In this document: positions 25,137-38,055 of the stretch, piece after piece
Layout: each line of letters starts with the position of its first letter
Position numbering within the stretch: the first letter of the stretch is position 1
NCBI RefSeq assembly: GCF_963921235.1
Contig: NC_086109.1
Location: 37,946,001-38,010,000 of the forward strand
Direction of reading: 5' to 3'
Length of the DNA: 64,000 bases
Origin: Mobula hypostoma
Taxonomy: Eukaryota
Translations under genes and position numbers: made by a program
The notes under the pieces: generated by a model
Told to the model about the DNA's origin: nothing
What the model saw: only the letters and a program-made list of their open reading frames with translations
Database searches by the model: none

Positions 25137-27214
25137 GATAAACACTTGTAAAAAAGAAATAGGTTTTATTGCTGGTGTTCGATATAGACAGATGGGAAAG
25201 CATTCATTTGGATGATAAATGTCTCCTCAATAACATTTAGCTGAGAAGTGCATTCCATCTGATACCAAATGGTCATAAGCAATGAGAGTTTTCATTAAGG
25301 CTTGTTGACATGTACATACCCGAACAGAATTAAGGTGGCAATTTTCAAACCAAGCCATTATATTGACAGTAAAATGCCTTCATCAATGCAGTGGGATGAC
25401 ACGTAATGCTGTGATAACAGTCAAACAGTACAGAGAAAAATAGAATATGGCATATTTTAAGTTGTGAGAAAATATGTGGAGAATATTTGACTTCTTTTTA
25501 AAAAAAAGTTGAGCCAAGGCCTTGTGCAATTACATATTTTCTTTTGTGCACGCCTGAGCTCATCAAGCTGAGCAAACAGGCTGCGCAGTTGTTTGATCAT
25601 GACTGTTGTAACAGCTGTGAAGTTTAGACAAGCTGACTTAATAAGACATTGAGTCAAAAGACACAAAAGCAATCTGAAACAATGACATCTTTCCACAACA
25701 TATGGAAATGTTTGTGAAATAGTCTCTTTATGCAACTTGCTTCCTGTATGCTTCAGTGAGGATATTAAAAGTAATTTATTGAAAGCCCTACAGTAGAAAC
25801 CTCTAATTTTTCAAAGAGTGCACAAAGCCCCTCAGGGTCAGGATGGTTCATAACACACCTTTGGGTGATTTCAAATCAACTGGGGCTCAGACAAAGCTGC
25901 ATTTCTTTAAAGCTTCCTCTCGTGATACTGGCTTTGAAGGCAATTTTCCACCATTCAAGCTTTGTCATGGCACTGCTATACAATATCCATTTCCTTCTGA
26001 TGAAATTTCTATTTTCCACCAGACACAAATTAAAACCTAAGAGGATTAAATGAAGTTTGAAATTTAAAGCTATATATCGCAAAAAAATCCTTGCTTTGAG
26101 CATTCCTCTTATTTTGAAAGCTGAAAGATCAGTGATTTACCCCTTGAGTTTTCAACTTTCAAAATAAATAGGATACATTAGCAATGGATCAGTATTTTGA
26201 TGGCATCAGAATACTAACGAACTCTGTTCATGACGGTTCAGTCTTTTTGTTGTAAACCAATCTGGGTTATTGCTCTTTGTAAAAATGTATGATAAAACGT
26301 TGTCATTATGTAGCAAGCAAATGCAAATTTAAGGGCTTAAAAGAAGGAAGTAGAAAAAATATTACCAGACTGCACTTAATTTAAAATGGAACTGTTTCCT
26401 ACAGATTTCAGAACCATTTTTAGGAAGTAAAACTAGATAATTTGTGCAGCTACTATGTCGTGTCTTCTACAAATCACTCACTTTCTCTGAGTTTAAGAAA
26501 TAACACTGACATTTTTTTTAGTTTGCTGCAGAGATGGTGTTGGAGGAAACAGATACATTACTAAGGTGCATCCTGATGACAAACAGGTGGGGACACAAAA
26601 CTTTGGAGATTCATGTAATCTATATAGGCACATTTAAGTCTTTTTATTCCGCTTTTGTTCTTCTTGTGTCTGTTTTGTTATCTTTCGTCTATTCTTTCCT
26701 CCCCTTTGTTCCCCTCCGCTCTCTTCTTTCATTATTCAGCCTATTCTTTCTTTCATTCCTTTTTATCGGGCTCACAGTTCTTTATTTGCTTACCTCAGGA
26801 TATCAGGAGGTTTGGTTACTTGATCTAGTGAACAGGAGAATAGGCTCAATATTTGATGTCTTTGGCTGAGAACTGGAGACTTGACACATAGAGAGGCTCA
26901 CAATGAATTGTGCCTGTACAAAGCGCATGTTAACATGTAAAAGGAAATTGGCTGTACTCAGTAAAGCTTTCAACATTTGTGTAAGAAGATAAATGTGCTG
27001 TTTCCAACAAATGACAGAGACAAAGACTCAAACAGCAACCAGTTTACGAATTAATCCCCACAAAATCTCCTCATGCCTATTGTTGCTCAGCTGAGTTTCA
27101 AAGGGAAATAAAAGCATTTTGCAATCATAATTTGACTATTAACATTCAGGTGAGTTTGTCAAATTGGGACAGAGAGAAAAAAAAACATCATTTCTCTTTT
27201 TTCAGGAGCCAAAA

Positions 27215-27315
27215 GCGGAACTTCCCATGGCCAAGCATTCTAATTCCGATTCCGATTCCCGTTCCGACACGTTGGTCCATGGCCTCCTCTTGTGCCACGA
27301 TGAGGTCACCCTCAC
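27215..27315 (+). mobile_element. Penelope-like endonuclease fragment
   Basis: Homologous to 12746-12825. Confidence 0.6.
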
Positions 27316-27395
27316 ACGCTTACACAAGGATTAACATTTTGTTTGAATGTGTGTGCTTAGGTATTAATAACACCAAAGCCACCACTGAGTTTACT

Positions 27396-28120
27396 GCAAC
27401 ACACACAAAATACAAGTCGAACTCAGCAGGTCAGGCAGTATCTATGGAAATTAATAAACAGTCAATGTTTTGGGCTGAGACCCTTCTACAGGACTGGAAA
27501 CAAAGGGGGAAGGGTGTAGGGAAGGGAAGGAGGATAGCTAGAAAGTGATGGCTGAAGCCAGGTGGATAGGAAAGGTAAAGGGATGGAGAGGAAGGACTCT
27601 GATAGGAGAGGAGAGTGGACCATAGGAAAAAGGGAAGGAGGAGCAGACTCAGGTGGAGGTGATAGACAGGTGAGAAGAGGTAAGAGCCCAGAGTGGGGAA
27701 TAGTAATGGGGAGGGGGAGGAAATTATTTTTACCGGAAGGAGAAATCGATATTCATGTGATCAGGTTGGAGGCTACCCAAACAGAATATAAGATATTGTT
27801 CCTCCACCCTGAGGAACAATAAGGCACAGGAGGAGGCCATGGAATGATATGTCGAATGGAAATGAGAATCGGAATTAAAATGTTTGGCTAGAGGGAAATT
27901 ACGCTTTTGGCTGATGGGGTGGATTGGCTTGGTGAAGTAGTCCCCCAGTTTACAACGGATTTACGATGGGTCTCACTAATATAGAGGAGACCGCATCGGG
28001 AGCACCGGACACAATAGACAACCCCAGCAAATTTGCAGGTGAAGTGTTACCTGGAAGGACTATTTGGGACCCTGAATGAAGGTGAGGGAGGAGGTAAATG
28101 GGCAGGTGCAGCCACTTACT
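27396..28120 (-). mobile_element. Penelope-like element 3' part (older subfamily)
   Basis: Colinear with 47500-48280; decayed hammerhead motif at 27460-27495. Confidence 0.8.
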
Positions 28121-28419
28121 GACTGGGTCAGTTCCAGATTTATACAGTATCCAAAATATTAACAAATTTAAGTAAGTGTTAGATTTACTTAAACTGAAAA
28201 AGGAGTGTATCATTACTAACCGGCAAATCTGTTTTTTTCCGAGGATCTGCCTGCACTCTGTACTACCAGCATTGCTGAGTTGTACTAATGTAGAAAATGT
28301 TGATTTTTTAAAGTATCATGCAAAAACTCATGAGATGTTTACAATTTGTGATCCGGTTTATAAAGAATGGTCACTAGAATAACATAAAGGTACATAACAG
28401 CTTAGTTGCATCCAGCAGT

Positions 28420-28670
28420 ATCCTACAAGCAGCAGCAAAACTGATGATCAGATAATCTGTTTAAGTGACATTGGTTGAGAGTTAGCAATCTCTATTTTTC
28501 TTCAAAGTGTGCCATGCAGTCATCTGGCAGAAACGGGTTGAGCTATCAAATCCAAAAAATGAAGCTGAAATACAACTCTGCCTACACTATCTTCCACTGA
28601 AGGATCTTTACAGATTATATGTTCAGATCATTGGAGTGGAATTAGAATCCATAACTTTAACAAGGCTGAC
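28420..28670 (-). mobile_element. Deu-domain (SacSINE1/AmnSINE1-like) SINE remnant
   Basis: TGATGATCAGATAATCTGTTT..CTTCAAAGTGTGCCATG..GGAGTGGAATTAGAATCCATAAC matches my recollection of the Deu-SINE reverse strand. Confidence 0.5.
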
Positions 28671-28689
28671 ACCTTATTCTCTTTCTTTC

Positions 28690-31680
28690 TATTATGACAT
28701 AAGTGAATGTCATTGAGGAACAGATATGTAATCAGATTAAGGAAATGGGTAAAAATAATAGGGTTGTTGTCATGGGGGAATTTCAACCTCCCTAATATAA
28801 ACTGGACCTTCTTACTGTAGGGGCTTATATGGGGCTGAATTTGTGAAGTGTATCTAGGAAGGTTTCTTAAATCAATATGTGGACAGCCCAACAAGAAGAG
28901 GGGCTGTACTGGACCTGGTGTTGTGTAATGATCTTGGCCAAGTAACTGACCTTTCAGTGAGTGAGCAGTTAGGGAACAGTGACCTCAACTCCTTAGCTTT
29001 CAGGGTAGTTATAGATAAGGACAGGTATGGCCCTTGTGGGGGCTCCAAAGGTAGTCATAGCCAACGGGTGGTAGTGGGGATGAGCTCCCACTGCAAAACA
29101 AATGCTCTTCATGGTGTGCGTCTCAAACAGCCTCTGACAACCAAGTCCAACTCCTGGCCTTCACGTGTGGCATAGTTCTTATGTCCAGGCAGAGCTGTTC
29201 TCACTGACAGGAGAAGGGGCAAAGGCAGGCCACTGGCGCCTTAAAGCCAGTTGCTCCGGGCAGATGGGGCTTGTTAACCACAGATGGTAGCTCATCTGGG
29301 GGGGGATCCCCGATTTCAAACCTCCGCTGCCTTGCGGCTATACCCGGGAAAGACTTTGGGAGTAAACCCCAAGGAAGAATCCGGAGTCGGAGTCCCGAAG
29401 GCGGCTGACTGCTGTACTCAGCTCCAGCACAGCAACTCCTGCGATGCTGCTGGCACCAAACCATATCGACTTTCGTCATTCCTTTGGACCTGTCATCAGC
29501 ATGGGGGTGGGGGGGCGCGGATCCCACTGCATGGGCAACAGACGGATCTCCATATCAACTCTGCCCTAGCTTGCACCCTGGAGAGGCCACTCCCCAGTGA
29601 CTACCAGAGGCGCAGTACCCATGGTCGACCACGACCGATGGAGGCCACAGAGGAGGTCCTTGTGGGAGAGTTTTAAATTGGACTAGGACAAAGTACAGGG
29701 GGCATTAGGCACAAACCGAGAAGCATTAATTGCTTTCATCTTTTCTCTGCAAGTCCACATCAGACATGCGGAGGGTGTTTAAAGAACAATTACACAGAGT
29801 ACAGGAGAAGTATGTTCCTGTTAGAAGGAAGGACGGGGATGGAAATATAAAAGAACATTGAATGTTCAGAGAGGTGATGAAGTTAGACAAGAAGAAAAAA
29901 GGAGAAGTATATAAAGCTTCGGAAGTTAGGATCAAATGAAGCACATGAGGAATATAAAGACGACAGAAAAGAACTCAAGAAGGGATTTAGGAAAGCCAGG
30001 AGGGGCCATGAAAAGTCCTTGGCCAGTAGGATTATGGTGAATCCCAAGGCATTCTATGCATACATGAAGAGCAAGAGGATAATTAAAAGGAAGTTGGGAC
30101 CACTGAAGGATAAAGGGGAGAGCATTTGCTTGGATGCAGAAAATGTGAGTGAAATATTAATGAGTACTTTACTTCAATATTTACCAGTGGAAAGGACATG
30201 GAGGACCAGGAGATCAGCACTGAATGTATAAATATATTAGGGTGTTTAGAAGTCAAGGAGGAGGAAGTGTTGGGCTGCCTAAAGAGTATTAATATGGATA
30301 CATCCCCAAGGCCTGATGGGATTTACCCCAGGTTATTGAAGGAGGCAGGCAATCAGATTGCTGGGACCTTGACCAGTATCTTTGTTTCTCTCTAGCTACA
30401 GGTGAGTCCCAGAGGACTGGTGAGTGGCTAATGTTGGACCTCTATTTAAGAAGGGAACAAGGAAATGTCCTGGAAACTATAGACCAGTGTTTCTCATGTC
30501 AATTGAAGGGAAATTGCTGGAGAAAATTCATAGGGATAAGTATATGACAATGTTCCTCATGGGAGGCTAACCCAGAAGATTAAGACACATGGGACCGGTG
30601 GCAAAATAGTTGTTTGGATTCAGAGCTGGCTTGCATGTAGAAGATAGAGGGTAGTGGATGAAGGGATGTATTTGAGTTGGAGGTCTGTTACTAGTGGAGT
30701 TCAGCAGGGACTTCTGCTGTTAGTAGTTTACATAAATGACGTCGATGAAAATGTGGATGGGTGGGTTGGTAAATTTGTGGATGACACCAAGATTGGTGAG
30801 AGTAGAAGACTGGCAAAGAATACAGCACAATATAGATCATTTGCAGATACGAGCAGAGAAATGGCAGATGGAGCTTAACCCAGATAAATATGAGGTGTTG
30901 CACCTCAGTGGGGAAAATGCAAGGAGACAGTAAACTGTTCAGGGCAAGGTCCTTAATAGTGTTGCTGAGCAGAGAGATCTTGGGATACAGGTTCATAGCT
31001 CCTTGGGTCAATACACGGGTCAATAGGGTGGTTAAGAAGGCTTTTGGGATGCTCGCTTTCATTAGTTGAGGTATTGAGTTCAAAAGTCAGAAGGTTGTGT
31101 TGCAACTTTATAAAACTCTGGTTAACCACAGTTAGAGTACTGCATACAGTTCTGGTCGCCCCACTATGGGAAGGATGCTGAGGTTTTGGAGGGGTTGCAG
31201 AAGAGGTTTACCAGAAAGCTGCCTGGTTTAAAGGACATGTGCAGTCACGTGAGGCAGGATAAACTTGGGTTGGTTTTTCTGGGGTGTCGGAGGCTGAAGG
31301 GAGATCTGATAGATTTATTAGATTATCAGAGGCATAGATAGAGTGGGCAGACAGTATCTGTTTCTCAGGGTTGAAATATCTAACACCAGATGGCATGCAT
31401 TGAAGGTGAGAGGGGGTAGGTTCAAGGGTGATGTGAGGGGTAAGACTTTTACTCAGAGAGTGGTGGGTGCATGGAATGCGCTGCCTGGTATGATGGTAGA
31501 GGGAAATAAATTAGAGGCTTTTAAGAGACGTTTGGATAGGTAAATGGATATAAGGAGATGGACGGATATGGACATAGTGTAGGTAGGAGGGATTAGTGTT
31601 TGGGTGTTTTTGACTTGCTTTCTAGCTGGTTCGGTCCAACATTGTGGGCCGAATGGCCTGTTTCGGTGTTGTACTCTTCC
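28690..31680 (+). mobile_element. CR1 LINE ORF2 remnant with a 614-bp insertion
   Basis: SPTRRGAVLDLVL, NPKAFYAY, SPRPDGIYPR, KFVDDTKIG, FTQRVVGAWNALP; CR1 3' UTR GGGCCGAATGGCCTG. Confidence 0.9.
29041..29654 (+). mobile_element. 614-bp GC-rich non-coding retroposon (probably RTE-associated)
   Basis: TSD GG(C/T)CCTTGTGGG at 29029-29040 and 29655-29666; CR1 sequence is continuous across the insertion; 3' end CCATGGTCGACCACGACCGATGGAGGCC is RTE-like. Confidence 0.75.
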
Positions 31681-31911
31681 AAGTCAGTTAATTAGAATCA
31701 ACAATACAAAAAGTCAATTCGCACAAATATATTTTTTCTGGATTTTTATTAATAAACCGTGAAGGATCGAAACCCAATAATGTTAATCATGTAATGTTTG
31801 TATATATACTGTTGTCTGAATGGTAGAAATTAAGGTTTGATCTATTAACTTGCAAAATACCACTTGCACCACATGACTGATAGGAGTATAGAGTCCATTT
31901 TAAAGTCAAAA

Positions 31912-32105
31912 ATCAGAGTCAAAGTAAACTTTTATCAAAGTGAATATATATCACCATATACTACCTTGAGATTCATTTTCTTGCAGGCACTCACAGCACA
32001 ACACTGAAATACAATTAGAATCATTGAAAAACTACATGTGAACAAAGTCTGATAAACAACATATGTGTAAAAGTAGACAAACAGTGGAATATAAATAAAT
32101 AAATG
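31912..32105 (-). mobile_element. LINE 3' UTR remnant (Rex1-type tail)
   Basis: Reverse complement resembles the tail at 52810-52888 (AATCTCAAGGTAGTATATGGTGA..TTTACTTTGA). Confidence 0.6.
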
Positions 32106-32344
32106 AAATTATTGCGAATAAGGTGATTCATACAAGCGTATTTTCAGGAAATATATAAAATGCATAAGACGCATATGCCGACAAGTGTAATCTGCTGCCA
32201 TAGCTGAACTTCTTAATCTGACGATCCTCTCTGGAATCAAATGATACCTGAGCCAGAAGCAGCAAGTTAGACAGAAGTAGACAGCATGCATCTCTGGCCA
32301 CTAAGCCATTATGTTAATTGAGATGAAGAATATTAGAGATGCTT

Positions 32345-32620
32345 CAGTAGCATAGTGGTTAGCACAACGGTTTACAGTCCCCAGCAACACAGGTTCAATT
32401 CCCATCACTGCCTCTAAGAAGTTTTACATCCTTCCAATGAATGCATAGGTTTCCTCTGAGTGCTCTGGTAACAGTCCAAGGACGTACTTGTTGGTAAGTT
32501 AGTCATTGTAAATTGTCCTATGATTAGGCTAGGATTAAATGAGTGGATTGCTAGGCAGTACGGCTCAGAGGACTGGAAGGACCTATTCTGAGATGTATCT
32601 CAACAAATAATAAATAAATG
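32345..32620 (+). mobile_element. tRNA-derived V-SINE
   Basis: A-box TAGCATAGTGG, B-box GGTTCAATTCC, V-domain-like GTTTCCTCTGAGTGCTCTGG, (AAAT)n tail. Confidence 0.75.
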
Positions 32621-33011
32621 AGATTCTATCACCTTCTGCAGTGGTGAATTTCCGGATAGTGGCTAATGAAAGGATTGATTTTTAATGAAGGTGTACTCCA
32701 CGAGTTTCTACTGGCCATTATTCAGCATGAACAGCAGTAGTGACATCAAGTGCATGTTGTAGACTGATGGGTATCACTCCAGAATGTCTATGAATGTCTA
32801 TCTGGTGATGCACGATGTACACAGAGATCTATCATTCAATTTCATATCAATATAATGATCACATTTCATGACTGGTTTCCTACTTCAAATTGGTCCGTTA
32901 GTGTACGACGTGGCATGCAGACTGAAAAGTTAACTCAGACACTACTCAAAGTGATGGTGATGCAAGATCAAATGCGATTATAACTTTGCATATAGTTGCA
33001 TTGGCTTTAGC

Positions 33012-33290
33012 TATTTATTTATTTATTGGGATCCAGCATGGAATAGGCCCTTCTGTCCCTTCGAGCCATGCTGCCCAGCAACCCCAGATTTAATCTTAAC
33101 CGACTCACAGCACAACTTACAATGACCAACTAACCTACTAACTGGTATGTCTTTGGACTGTGGGAGGAAACCAGAGCACCCGGAGGAAACCCACACAGCC
33201 GCAGGGAGAACATACAACCTATTTACAGGCAGCATCAGGTATTGATTCCAGGTCGCTGGTACTGTGAACTGTTGCGCTAACCACTACGCT
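33012..33290 (-). mobile_element. tRNA-derived V-SINE
   Basis: Minus strand GCGTAGTGGTTAGCGC head, GGGTTTCCTCCGGGTGCTCTGGTTTCCTCCCACAGTCCAAAGAC V-domain, (AAAT)n tail. Confidence 0.85.
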
Positions 33291-34060
33291 TTCTGAAACA
33301 TCACTCGGCTCAAGTGATTTCACGACTGCTAGCAATTTACAAGTGATAAAAGCCAGATTGGTAAATCACTGGAAAAGAATGGTTACGTATGCAAACACAT
33401 CTCAGTCAATTTAGTCACATTCTAGTGGACAAAAACAAGACAGAAGTGTAAGCTTTTCCATAAAATTCTTATTAACTAGAAACAAGTTATACCCACCGCC
33501 ACCCCCAACAGCATGAATGTGTTGCCATCTTGCAACTACTGATTGATGCCACTTGTTAACTCTATCAGCAAACTTCACAGGACTATACAGCATATGACAG
33601 TTCAAATGTTATTGAAGAACAGAAACAAGTTTGCCTTCCTATCTTTGAAAAACTGTAGAAAGATGAGGAGAGATGATCTCATCTGGCTGCAGGCTGTCTG
33701 CCAGTAGATGTTCACAGATTCCTCTCTGGAGTCAGTCTGCCTCACGGCTTCAATTGTCCCTTAGTCCTTCATCTGAAGAAACGCTGTTCACAATGTGCTC
33801 GTTTTTTTTTGTCTGCTCTGTCTGCACAATCACAATGCTGCTACCTGCTTGCCCTACCACTAAATGCTAACAATGCTTTGTGACAGCAACCGTGGTTTGA
33901 ATTTGATCAGTGCTTACAGTGCATCTTTCTCTCTCTGATATCAAGGAGGTAAGGCAGGCTTTTCATCTGACAATCTCTATTTGAGTTCAGCCTTTATCTT
34001 TTTCGTGATAAAGAATTAACCCAATAAGATTCATAAAACTTACAAGTGGAATTATAATTA

Positions 34061-34525
34061 AACCATAAGACACAGGAGCAGAGTTAGGCCATTCAGCCCA
34101 TTGAGTCTGTGCTGCTGTCCCATCATAGCTGATTTATTATCCCTCTCAACTCCATTCTCCTGCCTTCTCCCTGTAAAGTTTGATGCCCTTTACTAATCAA
34201 GAACCTATCAACCTCTACTTTAAATATCCCCAAATACTTGGCCTCCACTTGCTGTCTCTGGCAATGAATTCCACTGATTCATCACCCTCTGTTTAAAGAG
34301 ATTCCTCCTCATCTCTGTTCTAAAGGGATGTCTTGTATTCTGAGGCTGTGCCCTCTGGTCCTAGACTCCCCAAATACATAAAACATCCTCTCCATGTCCA
34401 TGCTATCTCAGCCTTTCAATATTTGATAGGTTTCAATGAGATCCCCTCTCATTCTTCTAAACTCCAGAGAGTGCAGGCCCAGAGCCACCAAATGCTCCTC
34501 GTACATTAACCCTTTCTTTCCTGTG
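34061..34525 (-). mobile_element. CR1 LINE 3' fragment
   Basis: Reverse complement of the family at 37620-38055. Confidence 0.8.
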
Positions 34526-34619
34526 AACAAACGTCATGAACCTCTCTGGATGCTCTCGAATGGATGTGAGGAACATCATGCATCATCAACTCATGCCCAT
34601 TAATCATAACTGAGAGAGC

Positions 34620-35730
34620 AAGAGAAATAGAACACAGCACAAGCTGGTATCTAGAGCAGGTATAAAGAGAAGGGCAGCAGGGCAAGGGGGGGAAGAATGG
34701 AGATTTGAAACAGTTGTCCATAGCCGACTAGTTTTCCGATGGGGGTGAGAATGGTGAGATGAAAGAATCAGGTGAAAAAGGAAGAGACAGAGCTGGGTGA
34801 CAGAAGCAGATGAGAAAGGAAATGGGCAGATGGAAACATGTGGGGGAGTGTAGAGTAAAGGTGCATTGTGATAAAGGGAGCACAAAGTCTGTGCATGCTA
34901 GAACCTAGTGGCAGCCATTAAGGGTGCGATGAATGGTAAATGGGTTCAGATGGAGGAGGACATCAGTTGGGTAATAGCTGGATGGAACTAGGCGGGGGAG
35001 GGGATCAAAAATGTGCTTTCTTCCTCTTTCCCCCTTCTGAGCCCAGACAAGAGGTGGAGTGTGTGGAAAGGGAATGGAAATGGAGCACAATACAAAAGGT
35101 AGGGAGAAACAGAAACACAGGAGGTTAGACTTACCTAAAATTATAAAATTGAATATTTATACTATTGAGTTGTAGACTACCCAGGCAGAATATGAGATGT
35201 TGTAACTCCTCTCCCATCACCTCACCTGAGTCTGTCTGTACCTTTTGTTCTATTTTCTGCTTCTATCTATCACCAACTCACTTTTATCTCCCAACCCCAC
35301 CCCTCCCTGTCCCCCACTTGGCCCTCTCTACCCATTATCCCTTATCAGCCCACCTGTGACCGACTGGCCCTTGTGCTTTCTTTGATTACTTACACTGCAC
35401 CTTTTCATAGCCCGCGGCACTTCTGCATTCTGGGTTCCTTTTACTTCAGTTGGCTAACATATGGAAGGGTCTACCTGGAAGACACGGAAACTAGTTCGGC
35501 ACAGCTTTGTGGGCCGAAGGGCCTGTATTGTGCTGTAGGTTATCTATGTTTCTATGTAACTAAGTTTTTCACTATATTTTGGTACGCATGACACTTCCCT
35601 CTTGCAATATCTTGCCTCTCCGCTTTCAGTCCTGATGCAGACATGAAATAGCGAAAATTCTTTCCTCTCCCCACCAAACCCTACAGAACCTACTCGACCT
35701 TCTGAGTTCTGTCAGCAGTTATTTTTTTGC
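34620..35730. mobile_element. Old Penelope-like remnant, probably inverted, containing a CR1-type tail at ~35491-35557
   Basis: Endonuclease end on minus at 35130-35205; plus-strand terminus TTTCAGTCCTGATGCAG..CTGAGTTCTGTCAGCA at 35624-35720. Confidence 0.5.
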
Positions 35731-36431
35731 TTTGACATTGCTTGTTGATTTCTGTGGTTTTTGTGTCCAGTCAGTGTTGACTGCAATGTTGATTGTTTGG
35801 ATGCATCAGCAGAGATCCAAGATTGTGAATGGCTGGCTCCAGTTAAAGCTAGCATTCACTGATTACAATTTGGCTCTGTCCCTTAAGTGGAGAAGTACTG
35901 GGGCTGATGCATTGTCAGCAGTCCTGGATGAAATGTGGCTCATCTGGAAAGCAGAGAAGATTAGAACAATAAGGGAAAGATAAGGCTCCAGGATTGTCAG
36001 ATGAGGTCAACATGTAATGTTGGAGAGATGATTTCCAAGGAGATTTGAACAGCTTCACACACATGCTTAGAGCACAATGGCAGTGGATAGCCATTGACAA
36101 AGAGTAGCATGCTGCTCTTCAGGGAGCTTAATGACCTACCAGCAAAGATCTACTGAAAGAAGTACACAAAAATGTGCTCCTGACACTGTTCAATCCAGCA
36201 CTTGCTTATAATTGACTCACCAATAATCTCTCCAAACACAATTCATTCCTAAAATTCAAATATCCCATAGCACCCGGACATCTTCCCCAAATGAACACCT
36301 TGAAACTTGCACGTCCCACTCACAAGTCAAAAATGAGAGTTCTTTCAACCAGACCAATTGGATGGCACACAATATAGTTCCTTCTCACTTAGGGGGACAA
36401 CATCAGCTGAAGCCAATCAATGTTGAAGATG

Positions 36432-36961
36432 TACCCCCAGTGACCTTATCAGGTACTTCCTATACAGTATAAAGTGGCCTCTGCAGGTATACGTGTGGTC
36501 TTCTGCTGCTATAGCCCATCCACCCCAAGGTTCAATGTGTTGTACGTTCAGAGATACTCTTCTGCACATCACTGTTGTAACATATGGTTATTTGAGTTAC
36601 TATCACACTCCTGTGAGCTTGAAGCAATCTGGTCAATCTCTTCTGAACTTGCTCAATAACAAGACAATTTTTCCCACAGAACTGCCACTGAATAGATTTT
36701 TTTGCACCATTCTCTGTAGCCTCTAGAGAAACGTGCATGAACATCCCATTCTGAGATACTCAAACCAACCCATCAGGCACCAACAATCATTCAATGGTCA
36801 GAGTCACTTAGATCACATTTCTTCATCATTCTGATGTTTGGTTTGAATAATAATCAAACCTCTTGACCATATCTGCATGTTTTTGTGCATTGAGTTGCTA
36901 CCACATGAATTACTGATTCGATATTTGCATTAACAAGCAGATGTACAGATCACTGAGAGTA
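36432..36961 (-). mobile_element. Tc1-derived non-autonomous DNA transposon
   Basis: Reverse complement of 40761-41180; TA-flanked degenerate CACTCAGTGGCC-type ends. Confidence 0.7.
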
Positions 36962-37324
36962 TGTGAAGAAGAAGATGCTGGCCATGACTGGGATGGTTGT
37001 TCGTTGCTGAGTTCACAGAGAGGAGCAAAGCACAAACTGTCAGAGAGACGAAATCCTCAGAATCTATCATTCTTACTCTCCTCCTCGTATCCCATCTTGA
37101 AGCAGGAAAAGGCAGATTACTTATCTCCTTCAATATTATCCCTATCCACTTCCAATTTCACATACCTAAAATTTGCAATCTGATGAGATGGCAGAGGGAT
37201 GGAAAGAATGGATGAAGAAGATACCCTCATTCAATTTTACCTCTGAGCAGTTCCTGCCTCAATACACAATTACTACACAATACAGAGAGCTCTTTGAGGA
37301 CTTTGTTAGAAGGAATAAAGTCTA

Positions 37325-38055
37325 TTTTCTAAATACGGAGAAATTTCAAAAATCAGATGTGCAAAGGGAGCACTTGTGAAGTACTCTCTAAAGGATAACT
37401 TGCAGGTTGGATCGGTGGTAAAGAAGGCAAATAGAATGTTAACATTCATTTTGGGAGGACTAGAATATAAGAACAAGGATACAATGCTGAGGCTTTATAA
37501 GGTATTGGTCAGACTGTACTTGGAGTATAGTGAGCAGTTTTGGGCCCCTTATCTTAAAAAAGATCTGCTGGGATTGCAGAGGATCCCAAGGAGGTTTACT
37601 CGAATGACCCCGGGAATGAAGGGGTTAATGTATGAAGAGAGCTTGATGACTCTGGGCTTGTACTCGCTGGAGTTTAGAAGAATGAGGGGGGAATCACATT
37701 GAAACCTATCAAATATTGAAAGACCTAGATAGAGTGGATGTCTCCTATAATGGGTAAGTCTAGGGACAGAATGCACAGCCTCCAAACAGAGGGACATCCA
37801 TTTAGAACAAAAATGAGGAGGGATTTCTTTAGCCAGAGGGTGGTGAATCTGTGGAATTCATTGCCACTGACTGTAGAGGCCAAGTCATTGAGTATACCTA
37901 AAGTGAAGGTTGATAGGTTCTTGTTTAGTCAAGACATCAAAAGTTGTAGGGAGGAGGCAGGAGAATAGGGTTGAGAGGGAAAATAAATCAGTCATGATGG
38001 AATAGCAGTACAGATAAGCCAATTAGCCCAGATTGGCTCCTATGTCTTATGGTTT
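37325..38055 (+). mobile_element. CR1 LINE 3' fragment
   Basis: VVKKANRML, LYKVLVRLYLEY, FFSQRVVNLWNSLP; CR1-type tail. Confidence 0.88.

Noticed and set aside
26534..26869. Hydrophobic 111-aa ORF resembling a membrane protein
   Set aside because: Arises from a pyrimidine-rich low-complexity tract; no family motif.
32345..32405. tRNA-like A and B boxes
   Set aside because: Head of a SINE; no cloverleaf evident.
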